Of a DNA stretch of 64,000 nt, positions 9,859 through 18,451 are shown in pieces (position 1 is the stretch's first letter; the number at the start of each line of letters is the position of its first letter). Under the pieces are notes generated by a model. The model saw only the letters and a program-made list of their open reading frames with translations, did not search any database and was not told where the DNA came from. The position numbers were made by a program, and so were the translations under genes. This stretch comes from an uncultured Candidatus Saccharibacteria bacterium (GTDB taxonomy: Bacteria; Patescibacteriota; Minisyncoccia; Phycocordibacterales; UBA9973). The stretch is from positions 65,737-129,736 of the forward strand of contig CAYZYV010000004.1 in assembly GCA_964482735.1 (NCBI GenBank), in the 5' to 3' direction.

Positions 9859-10620
9859 GTGAAAAAGGAATCTCTAAAACCTAATAAAGCCAAAAAAGGA
9901 TTTACCCTCATTGAACTTCTTGTCGTCATCGCTATCATCGGAATACTTTCTGCTGTGGTTATTGCTTCGCTAAACAGTGCTCGAGAAAAGGGGAAGGTTG
10001 CAATGATCAAATCTACTCTCAAGAACATGCAGTCTCAAGCTGAATTAACTTACACAACAAACGGAGATTATTCTACTTTATATAACTCTTCTACCTATGA
10101 TTGTATTGGTTCATTAACTAAAATGGCAGAAAGTTTAACTAATCAAGGAGTAACGGTTAAATGCTATTCTCGTAACAGTTCGTCCCAAAACGATGTCTAC
10201 CTCCGTTTCGGTGCCACTGCTATCATATATAACACTAATAGTTTCAAAGCATGGTCTACAGACCAAAACGGAGTAGCAACTTGGGATCAAAAAGGGGTAG
10301 ACTCGACAGGTGCATATGTTGATGCAGATATTACCTCGGGTATGACATTAGCTATTTCAAACTCCGCTTGTGCTAAAGCAGGAGGAAGACTTCCATCTCT
10401 TGAACAATTGTTTACTCTTAGCAGGGCTTATTATACCGCTTCTGGAAATACATCTTACAAACCCACTAGTGTTGGTTTTAAAGCAAGTTATTACTGGTCT
10501 TCTGTGCTTTCTCCACTTCCATCTGATAATTCACAAGCATACTACGTTAACTTTGGTGCTGATACTAGTATTGGCACTAGTCCTGTTACAAATGGTGGTT
10601 ACGTTCGCTGTGTTAGATAA
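9859..10620 (+). CDS. Type IV prepilin with C-terminal CLec/DUF1566-like domain (paralog P1)
   Basis: KKG|FTLIELLVVIAIIGIL N-methylation motif; GGRLPS.EQL, YWSS and YVRCVR motifs; GTG start 6 nt after TATAAT. Confidence 0.88.
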   Translation: MKKESLKPNKAKKGFTLIELLVVIAIIGILSAVVIASLNSAREKGKVAMIKSTLKNMQSQAELTYTTNGDYSTLYNSSTYDCIGSLTKMAESLTNQGVTVKCYSRNSSSQNDVYLRFGATAIIYNTNSFKAWSTDQNGVATWDQKGVDSTGAYVDADITSGMTLAISNSACAKAGGRLPSLEQLFTLSRAYYTASGNTSYKPTSVGFKASYYWSSVLSPLPSDNSQAYYVNFGADTSIGTSPVTNGGYVRCVR

Positions 10621-10762
10621 AAAATAGCGTTTACTTTAAAGTAAATTTCTGTTATTATCTATTTATTCAAAAACTGTCAGTGTCTCGACATTTTGGATTT
10701 CAAACGAAAAATCAAAAAAGTTTTATTTTATAAAGTTTAGTTAATAATATAATCACAACAAT

Positions 10763-11017
10763 ATGCCAATAACAAAATCAGCAAAAAAGGCTTTGAGAGG
10801 TTCTAAAACAAAAAAGACCAGAAATGATCGAAACAAAAAGAATATCAAAGAAGCAACAAAAAAGATCGAGAAACTTCTAAAAGATAAAAAAGTTTCAGAA
10901 GCCAAAAAGGTTTTACCAGAAGCTTACAAGGCTATCGACAAGGCAGCCAAGAGAGGAGTAATCAAGAAAAATACAGCATCTCGCAAGAAATCTCAACTTT
11001 CAAAAATAACAAAATAA
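10763..11017 (+). CDS. rpsT: 30S ribosomal protein S20
   Basis: MPITKSAKK...IDKAAKRGVIKKNTASRKKS. Confidence 0.97.
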   Translation: MPITKSAKKALRGSKTKKTRNDRNKKNIKEATKKIEKLLKDKKVSEAKKVLPEAYKAIDKAAKRGVIKKNTASRKKSQLSKITK

Positions 11018-11020
11018 TAA

Positions 11021-11059
11021 CACTATAAAAACCCCTTAAACAAAGGGGTTTTTATAGTG
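11021..11059. terminator. Intrinsic terminator after rpsT
   Basis: CACTATAAAAACCCCTT...AAGGGGTTTTTATAGTG stem. Confidence 0.75.
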
Positions 11060-11097
11060 TTTGGATATTCTGCGTTTATATAATAAAATAATCGAGT

Positions 11098-12318
11098 ATG
11101 AAAAAATTTTTAATTTTAGTTTTTACAATCTTCGTATTTTTGGGTTTCACCAATAATGCTTTTGCCGAGGACAATAGTGTCAAAGCCTATTTCTTTTATG
11201 GAGAGGGGTGTCCACACTGTGCAAAAGAAGAAGCCTTTTTTGAAAGTATAAAAGATAAATATCCTACCTTAGAAGTTAATAGCTTTGAAATTTATCACAA
11301 CAGAGAAAATGTCTCATTGATGAAAGATGTTTCAAATAGACTCAATGCTAATGCAAGCGGTGTCCCTTTTTTGATAATAGGGGATAAGTTTTTAGTTGGC
11401 TATGCAGAAGATGTAACCAACATAGAAATAGAAAATCAAATAAAATATGGGTTGTCTAACACCTTGCCTGATATTGTTGGAGAAATAATAAAAGAAAGAA
11501 ATACTGTTTCGGAAACTTCAAAAGACAACAGACAAGTAAACAGAGAATCAGAAGAAGGTAATATTAACGAGAAAATTCTAAAGTTACCTTTTATTGGGAA
11601 AGTTGATGTTTATAAAGTTTCGATTCCTGTCTTAGCTATCACCATGGGTGTACTAGACGGCTTTAATCCATGCGCAATGTGGGTTTTGATTTTCTTGATA
11701 AGTATGCTAATTGGTATGGGAAATAGAAAAAGAATGTGGGCCATTGGGACAACTTTTATTGTTGCATCTGCGGCGGTTTACTTTATATTCATGGCTGCGT
11801 GGCTAAATCTAATAATCTTTCTTGGCTTTGTAGCCATTATTAGGATTATTATTGGTCTACTTGCTCTCGTTGGTGGAGGTTATAACTTAAAAGAATTTTT
11901 TACAAAAAAGGATGCTACTTGTGAAGTAACGAATGAAAAACAAAAAGAAAAAATAATAGACAAACTAAAAAGGGTAACAAAAGAAAAAAATCTTTTATTG
12001 GCATTGCTTGGAGTAACCGTTTTGGCTTTCATGGTAAATCTCATAGAGCTCGTCTGTTCAGCAGGATTACCGGCTCTATTTGCTCAAGTCTTATCTATGA
12101 ATAATTTGTCCGAAGTAGGATATTATGGATACATCCTTCTCTACATATTCTTCTTTATGATAGACGATCTCATTGTCTTTATAATCGCTATGACAACTCT
12201 TAAAATCACGGGAATCACTACAAAATATTCGAGATACTCACATCTAATTGGAGGAACCCTAATGTTTATTATTGGGATATTGCTAATTTTTAAGCCGGAG
12301 GTTTTGATGTTTGGCTAA
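11098..12318 (+). CDS. Glutaredoxin/thioredoxin (CPHC) fused to a CcdA/DsbD-like membrane domain
   Basis: Signal peptide, FYGEGCPHC, DGFNPCAMW and ELVCSAGLP motifs. Confidence 0.8.
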   Translation: MKKFLILVFTIFVFLGFTNNAFAEDNSVKAYFFYGEGCPHCAKEEAFFESIKDKYPTLEVNSFEIYHNRENVSLMKDVSNRLNANASGVPFLIIGDKFLVGYAEDVTNIEIENQIKYGLSNTLPDIVGEIIKERNTVSETSKDNRQVNRESEEGNINEKILKLPFIGKVDVYKVSIPVLAITMGVLDGFNPCAMWVLIFLISMLIGMGNRKRMWAIGTTFIVASAAVYFIFMAAWLNLIIFLGFVAIIRIIIGLLALVGGGYNLKEFFTKKDATCEVTNEKQKEKIIDKLKRVTKEKNLLLALLGVTVLAFMVNLIELVCSAGLPALFAQVLSMNNLSEVGYYGYILLYIFFFMIDDLIVFIIAMTTLKITGITTKYSRYSHLIGGTLMFIIGILLIFKPEVLMFG

Positions 12319-12455
12319 AACCTTTAATAATTAAAACCCCGAGCGTCGGGGTTTTAATTATTAGTAAATAAAGATTATTTGTAGTATACTCCGAGTGTCG
12401 TTTACTAATAGCTTATCTAGTAAAAACTAGATAATATAAAAAAGAATATATTTTT

Positions 12456-13037
12456 ATGGGTAATTTTAATGACAGGAGAGGTAAGGGTGGAAATTTCAGG
12501 GGCGAAAACAGAGGTGGTGGTCGTTCAAATTTTGGTGGGAACAGAAGAGGTGGAGATAGAAGGGAAGTCCAAATGCACCAAGCTATTTGTGACAAATGTC
12601 ACAAGAGTTGTGAAGTACCATTCCGTCCATCAAGCGATAAACCAATTTATTGCAATGATTGTTTTAGTGACAAGAGAGGCAATGAGGCTCCTCGTCGTGA
12701 TTTTAAAAACAGAGATTCAAATAGAGATTTTGGAAATAAACAAAACTTTTCTAAACCTTCATTTGAAAAGTCGTCCGGTGATGATATTAAAAAACAGTTA
12801 GCAGATATAAATGCAAAATTAGATAGATTAGCTTCTCTACTTGAAAAAGCTGAAAGCCCAAAAGTTCCTAACACTATCGTTTCTTCTGCAAAACCTGTTA
12901 CAAAAAAAGCAGAGAAAAAAGTTGTAGCTAAGGTTGCAGAAAAGAAAGAAGTGAAAGACAAGAAGCCTGTTGCAAAAAAAGTTTCTGCAGAGAAAAAATC
13001 AAAAGACAAAAAAGTTGTTTCTAAGAAAAAGAAATAA
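12456..13037 (+). CDS. CxxC-x17-CxxC zinc-ribbon protein with RGG-rich N-terminus and Lys-rich tail
   Basis: CDKC...CEVPFRP...YCNDC. Confidence 0.8.
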   Translation: MGNFNDRRGKGGNFRGENRGGGRSNFGGNRRGGDRREVQMHQAICDKCHKSCEVPFRPSSDKPIYCNDCFSDKRGNEAPRRDFKNRDSNRDFGNKQNFSKPSFEKSSGDDIKKQLADINAKLDRLASLLEKAESPKVPNTIVSSAKPVTKKAEKKVVAKVAEKKEVKDKKPVAKKVSAEKKSKDKKVVSKKKK

Positions 13038-13082
13038 TTAAAAGACTGGGTAGATCCCAGTCTTTTAAGTTAGGGGGATACT

Positions 13083-13150
13083 GGCAGGACCGCGAGTATA
13101 CTTATCGACCTCGACTAAAACTTTTTCGTCAAAAAGTTTTGTCTGGTCAC
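13083..13150. repeat. tRNA-associated hairpin repeat element (copy 2)
   Basis: Reverse complement of 4668-4735. Confidence 0.85.
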
Positions 13151-13279
13151 TCTAAGCCGTGCTTGGCCAAGCAATAAGCCAGCTCCTCCGACCTGGGTCG
13201 GAGTCAGGTTCGATTCCTGCGGATATCAGTAAAACAGTAAGACCCAAATATCTTCATATCTGGGTCAAACTGTTTTATG

Positions 13280-13393
13280 TGATCCCGGCAGGAATCGAAC
13301 CTGCATCATAACTTCCGCAAAGTTACGTCCTATCCCCGCCCGACTGGAACGACCACTAATCTTGTCCAGTCGTTCGGGCGGGCATTGAATGAC
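13280..13393 (-). pseudogene. Degenerate tRNA-Arg(GCG) copy with an approx. 48-bp hairpin inserted in the D-loop
   Basis: Intact T-arm and TTGCGGA anticodon loop; D-arm interrupted by CCCGCCCG...CGGGCGGG. Confidence 0.7.
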
Positions 13394-13401
13394 AACGCTT
13401 G

Positions 13402-13473
13402 TGCTCTCAGTAGGAATCGAACCTACATCATAACTTCCGCAAAGTTACGTTCTATCCATTGAACTATGAGAGC
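13402..13473 (-). tRNA. tRNA-Arg(GCG)
   Basis: GCTCTCA/TGAGAGC acceptor; TAACT-TTGCGGA-AGTTA anticodon arm. Confidence 0.92.
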
Positions 13474-13706
13474 AACTTATTTTTTAAATATTTTCGACCA
13501 GAAGCGGTCTTCCAATATTTTTCTTTTTCTACTGCCTCTTTCAGGGTTGAACACTTTTCAAAATAAACTAAGTCAAACGGAGCATAATGCTTGTTGGACT
13601 TTGTTATTTTACTATTATGTTCAGACAGTCTCTTTTCTAGATTTGAACAGAAACCTTTATAGTAAAAGTCTAAAAATTTACTTTTTATGACATATACATA
13701 ATACAT
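13464..13706 (-). CDS. Small GIY-YIG nuclease
   Basis: YYVYVI..., LEKRLSEHN and EAVEKEKYWK motifs. Confidence 0.88.
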   Translation of the reverse strand: MYYVYVIKSKFLDFYYKGFCSNLEKRLSEHNSKITKSNKHYAPFDLVYFEKCSTLKEAVEKEKYWKTASGRKYLKNKLLS

Positions 13707-13786
13707 AAGTTACATCCTATTCCCGCCCGACTGGAACGACTACCAATCTCGTCCAGTCGTTCGGGCGGGCATTGAATGACTGGACC
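13707..13786 (-). repeat. 5' part of the interrupted tRNA; 74-bp direct repeat of 13320-13393
   Basis: 69/74 identical by manual alignment. Confidence 0.85.
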
Positions 13787-13868
13787 ATTGAAGTTAATTT
13801 ACACTATCAAACCAATTATCGCAAGCCGATAACAAAAAAGGCTGGCTTAAGCCAGTCTTTTTTGTTAT

Positions 13869-14345
13869 TTAGAATCCTATTTTTTCTGCGAACTGAACTG
13901 TTCTAGATTCATCAATTTCAGACTTTTTTATCATTTTACTTGCTTCTATTTTTACTAAATCCGTAATCTCTTTTGGTACAAAAAAGGTGTAAATTGGAAG
14001 AAACTTTTTATTAGTTTCCATCATGAGCTTATCGAACTCTCCACCCTCTACTTCTTTTATGTTAAAACTTTTTAAATCTTTCCAAGGGAATTCTTCTCTT
14101 CCAACCTTAAGTCCGTTATTGTTTATTACGAATTCAAAAATTCTTGGTTGCTTAACTGTAAACATTACTAATGATACTCCTGAAACGAAGATAAATATGG
14201 CAAAAACATAGCTTCCAAACCAAATGGCGGCTACTGTTCCCACAATTGCGATAAGCCCTATAGTCCAAAACCAGTCGTTTGAATGTTCCTTGTGTAAATA
14301 TTCTGGAGCTACCCAACTAATTGTTTCAACTTTTTTTTCTTTCAT
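13869..14345 (-). CDS. Conserved CPR-type membrane protein (DUF5673-like)
   Basis: W.APEY...SNDWFW followed by two TM helices. Confidence 0.65.
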   Translation of the reverse strand: MKEKKVETISWVAPEYLHKEHSNDWFWTIGLIAIVGTVAAIWFGSYVFAIFIFVSGVSLVMFTVKQPRIFEFVINNNGLKVGREEFPWKDLKSFNIKEVEGGEFDKLMMETNKKFLPIYTFFVPKEITDLVKIEASKMIKKSEIDESRTVQFAEKIGF

Positions 14346-14405
14346 GTCTTCACAAATTATACCATAAATTGATATTAAAAAGCCATCATTTAGATGGCTT
14401 TTTAA

Positions 14406-14795
14406 TTATTTTTTTGAAGTTTTTGTAACTTTTTTGGTGGTTTTTGCTTTTGTTGCTTTTTTAGGAGCGTTTCCTTTTTGGATTGCTTTCCAGTTTTTCT
14501 TGATTTCTGCAATTGTAGCTTGTAGTTCTTCTTTGTCTATATTTTGTATTTTTGAGTATTTTTGTTGAACCTTATCTATGATTTCATTGTACACAGGTTC
14601 TGTAAGTTCTTTTGCTTCTTCAAATTTTTCAATTATTTCACCTTTCATTTTTACTGCCCAACCCTTGATGGTCTTTCTATTCTTCTTGCCATTTGGACCG
14701 AATAAAAGATATGCTGCTGCACTTAATGCTGCTACTCCGACACCAACTCCTATAACTTGTTTTGCACTAACTCCTTTTGTTTGTTTTTTTGCCAT
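14406..14795 (-). CDS. Hypothetical protein (YtxH-like: TM segment plus basic helical region)
   Basis: Ala/Gly-rich TM segment; GKKNRK..KGW motif. Confidence 0.6.
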   Translation of the reverse strand: MAKKQTKGVSAKQVIGVGVGVAALSAAAYLLFGPNGKKNRKTIKGWAVKMKGEIIEKFEEAKELTEPVYNEIIDKVQQKYSKIQNIDKEELQATIAEIKKNWKAIQKGNAPKKATKAKTTKKVTKTSKK

Positions 14796-14845
14796 AAAAT
14801 ATATCTCTTTTAGAGATCGTTTATTAAAATTATTAATAATAAAAA

Positions 14846-15118
14846 CTAAATTTTCTTTGCCCGTGTATCTGCTTCTTTTTTAGGTTTTTCTTTCCCAAAA
14901 ATAAAAGTGAAAAGCGGACTTTTTCTAATCTGTTCTCCGAGGTCTCGAAGTCCAACCTCGGCACTTTCAGAATAGTTTCTCAAAATTTTAGATATTTTAT
15001 AAAAGTTTCTAAGGATTTTAAGAAAATAAATAAGCACAACTACTATAATTGCACTTATTACAATTACAGAAATTGAACTGATAAAGAAAAATATATCTGA
15101 CTTTAATACTGATTCCAT
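14846..15118 (-). CDS. Hypothetical membrane protein
   Basis: DIFFFISS plus TM segment and coiled coil. Confidence 0.6.
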   Translation of the reverse strand: MESVLKSDIFFFISSISVIVISAIIVVVLIYFLKILRNFYKISKILRNYSESAEVGLRDLGEQIRKSPLFTFIFGKEKPKKEADTRAKKI

Positions 15119-15231
15119 TCATATATTTTATCACTAATTGAAATTAAATAGAATAGCCATACTGGCTCATTTGTGTATAATAGATAATAGATAAGTAAAA
15201 CGTATTAATTATTAACTTTAAATTTACACAA

Positions 15232-15468
15232 ATGACCATAAAAGAATTTTCTAATAAAAACAGTGTTGCTTTATTATATTCAAACATAATATTACTTGCT
15301 TTGGTGGTGGTTCTCTTTTTCTCGCTAGCATACGAAGGGGGGAAGACAAGAGAAAAACTAAAAGTAGAGGATTATAGAATTAAAGAAAATCAAATGTTAA
15401 ATATAAACCAAGATGGCGCATCAAAAACAACCTCGATAACGGTTAATGTCGTTCCTGATAAAGAATAA
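15232..15468 (+). CDS. Hypothetical membrane protein
   Basis: 78-aa ORF with one TM segment. Confidence 0.5.
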   Translation: MTIKEFSNKNSVALLYSNIILLALVVVLFFSLAYEGGKTREKLKVEDYRIKENQMLNINQDGASKTTSITVNVVPDKE

Positions 15469-15476
15469 AAATTAAA

Positions 15477-15917
15477 CTATTTGTTTTTAGTAATTAAATT
15501 CTGTACCAGTTTATAGATTTTTTCGTATGTTTCCTCTGCGATTTTTTGATCAACATGATTTGGGTTTTCTATGTTCCACCAAATTACCTTGCTGTTATTC
15601 TTTAGAAAATCTGGAATAAAAGGTTCTTCTGCCATAGAAATCATCACTTCATAATCATTAACCATAGAAGGTAATAGCTTTTTAGTGGTATTGTCTCGGA
15701 CATTCATACCGTTTCTCTCCATTATTTCAAAAAAATCTGGAGTTTTAAAAAGGCCTGATAACTTTTGACCCTCTGGTTCATCCGGAGCTCCGACGTAAGT
15801 GCCAACAGAATCAGCATCATTGGAGTTTGTGAGTTTATTATAAATAGCTGCAGCCATTTGGCTTCTAAACCAATTGCCTTTACATATAAATAGTACTTTT
15901 TTATTTTTGTAAATCAC
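15477..15917 (-). CDS. Low-molecular-weight phosphatase / ArsC family protein
   Basis: VLFICKGNWFRSQMA P-loop. Confidence 0.85.
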   Translation of the reverse strand: MIYKNKKVLFICKGNWFRSQMAAAIYNKLTNSNDADSVGTYVGAPDEPEGQKLSGLFKTPDFFEIMERNGMNVRDNTTKKLLPSMVNDYEVMISMAEEPFIPDFLKNNSKVIWWNIENPNHVDQKIAEETYEKIYKLVQNLITKNK

Positions 15918-15927
15918 CTGAATATTT

Positions 15928-16392
15928 TTATTTGTTTACAAGACCACCAATATAGCTTGCTTCGTAAATACATTTTTCATTTTTGAATATTTTCTCAGTT
16001 CCAGAAAATTTTTCTACACCACCAACTAATTTGTTCTCATATCTCCATTCGTCTTTTTTGTATTCGATAGGACCGCGATAGGGCATATCAACCGTTGTGT
16101 TTGAGAGCGACTCCGTAAGAAAACCGTACACCTCTTTATTTACCCCGTCGTAGACTAAACCGTAATAGACCATCATCCAAACGGGTTTGTTTTCAAAGAA
16201 AATAACTTCGCGACCTCCGTATGGTTCTCCTCCAAAAAAATTATCGTGGTATTTATATAGATCATTTTCGTATTCGATAGTTGTAGAACCGTCCGGTTGC
16301 TTTTTCCAGATATTTTCGTCTCCCGAAGCATATGTTGATCGGTTAGCTTCAAATATGAATTTTTTTAGATTTGCTGTATTAAATGTGTTCAT
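15928..16392 (-). CDS. DUF5680-like protein
   Basis: YHDNFFGGEPYGGREV, PVWMMVYYG and PYRGP motifs. Confidence 0.75.
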   Translation of the reverse strand: MNTFNTANLKKFIFEANRSTYASGDENIWKKQPDGSTTIEYENDLYKYHDNFFGGEPYGGREVIFFENKPVWMMVYYGLVYDGVNKEVYGFLTESLSNTTVDMPYRGPIEYKKDEWRYENKLVGGVEKFSGTEKIFKNEKCIYEASYIGGLVNK

Positions 16393-16465
16393 GTAAATAA
16401 TTATATTATAATTCTAGTTTTTTAGGTATTTGCATTGTAAGATTGTACAACTATTCTTTTTAACC

Positions 16466-17244
16466 CTATTGGTTGCTAGGGTATATAATCCAGTCTGTTT
16501 GTACAAAAAAGTCCTTATTTCCCATAATTGCTTTAGCTTTTTTGCTTTCTTTGATATCCAAACCGTATCTTTCTGTATATACATCAGAAAGATTATTAAT
16601 TATTTTCTCTTTTATTCTTTCAAATTTTATATTTTCTTCAGTCATCATCCTTTCAATCTCATCCCTAGAAGAAAAAAGCGCTCACCCCTTTTCAATTTTG
16701 GTATTTCCCCACTGAATAGTAGATTAATTTTCTGTCTCCATATATTAGGATTTGTATTTTCGGATCCAGCATGTTCAATAAGTGCAAATTTTCTAGTAGT
16801 TCGAGCTATCTCTTTTATTATTTTTTTCTGTCTTTCAAAAAAGTTCCACTGAAGTACAAATCTTACAACTGATACGTCGATGCTATTATCTTTAAATGGC
16901 AAATTTTCGGCATTTGCAATTATTTTCTCATCGAGATTGTTTTCAGATAAGGCCCTCTCGTTTATATCAACTGCTATTGTGTGAAAATCATATTCCGGGG
17001 TAATCTGAAGTAATTTATTTACTAATTCTCCTTTAAAAGACTCGATATCACCAATGGTGTATTTTTTACCAGAAGGCAATCTCTTTCTAATTTCGTTTGA
17101 AAGCAAACCCGGGGTTTCATTGTAAGTCTCCTGAGATGCTTTTGTTTTTGCTTCCCCGTAAAAAACTTTTGAAGTATTTTTACCCATATCCTGAATCCCC
17201 ACAGCCTCACTTTTTTGATCTATTTTGTTTGGTTTTTCTTTCAC
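16466..17244 (-). pseudogene. Frameshifted class I SAM-dependent methyltransferase
   Basis: AVDIN and ANAENLPFKDNSIDV motifs; two overlapping ORFs join if one base is added at the A6 run (16672-16677). Confidence 0.7.
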
Positions 17245-17381
17245 TTGTAAATTATACCTTAAATATATAATTTAAGGTATTTGAGTTTTCTGATACTTTA
17301 TTTCTTTGCGGGTCATGTGAGTTCAGTACCCACAATACTAATGTTAATAAGGATATCTTAGCACATTTTGAAGAATATAAA

Positions 17382-18155
17382 CTAGCCCTGTGAGTCTTGC
17401 TTATTTTCAATAAATTGTTTAAAACCCTCTATGTCTTGATTAGATCCTAATATATGAATTTGTTCTGATGAGTTAAATACTGCGATATCATCACCAAGAG
17501 TACCTTGTTCTACCACGTTTTTAATTATCGTACCATCAAACTCATTTTTTCTAGCATACTCTGCAATTTCATCAGTGGAAATATCTGACACAACAACCTC
17601 ATCAACTGTATAAAATTGTTTAGCATTCTGGTATTGTTTGGTTTTAAATATATCTGATTTTGATGAAAAATATTCTGACTTTATATCAAATTCATCAGTT
17701 GCATCTAATCCAGTTTCTTTATCAACAACCTTATACCCAACTCCCTGATAATTTGCCCCTTTAAAATCTACCTCGTAAGGATTTGTAATATCTATGATTA
17801 CTGAATATATTTTTTCACCCCCCTCATACGAAGTTCCAAGTGGAATACTTTTAAAATATTGTTTTGCTACTTCATAGTTTTTAGTAAAAAAGACAACATT
17901 ATCAGGAGTCCCATACGCTTTAGATTTTATGTCTTCAGATGTATTATCAAACTCATCAAATGTGCTAGCACTGCCATGATATACGATATCTTTTATCTTA
18001 CTCTCTGGGAAAATAGTATCTAAATATTCAGAATATTGTTCTTTTGTCCCAATTTGTACTAATTCTGGATTTTGTTCAAATACAAAATCCACACCCTCTC
18101 TAATGTTAGGTTTTTCTACTCTATTTTCTTGGGTTATTTTTGGCAATCCTTCCAT
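17382..18155 (-). CDS. ADP-ribosyltransferase-like (ART-PolyVal type) domain protein
   Basis: VYHGS...FDEF, VFFT...A..Y, NP, FDG.II.NV and AVF...QI pattern. Confidence 0.7.
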   Translation of the reverse strand: MEGLPKITQENRVEKPNIREGVDFVFEQNPELVQIGTKEQYSEYLDTIFPESKIKDIVYHGSASTFDEFDNTSEDIKSKAYGTPDNVVFFTKNYEVAKQYFKSIPLGTSYEGGEKIYSVIIDITNPYEVDFKGANYQGVGYKVVDKETGLDATDEFDIKSEYFSSKSDIFKTKQYQNAKQFYTVDEVVVSDISTDEIAEYARKNEFDGTIIKNVVEQGTLGDDIAVFNSSEQIHILGSNQDIEGFKQFIENKQDSQG

Positions 18156-18451
18156 ATATGTAAATTATACCATAAATATATAATTTGAGATACTTGAGTC
18201 TTCCGATACTTTGTTTTTATTGCGGGGATACTCGTGTTAGGACTTTTCACTGACAAGCCCCATAAGGTTATTTTTAATAAATTTATTTTACCATAACGAC
18301 GTATCTCGTGCGAACCAAAAAAGTGACAAAAGTGACACTACTTAAGCATATAAAGTTACATATAAATGTCACTTTTTAACAATGATTATGAGACGAATCC
18401 ATAGTTCTGCATAGACTTAGCAAAACTATTGTTCTCTGACACCACTAGTAT

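Noticed and set aside
10470-10620. P1 3' end as a current second target of TR2
   Set aside because: Many mismatches fall at non-adenine positions and the length differs; only short end motifs match.
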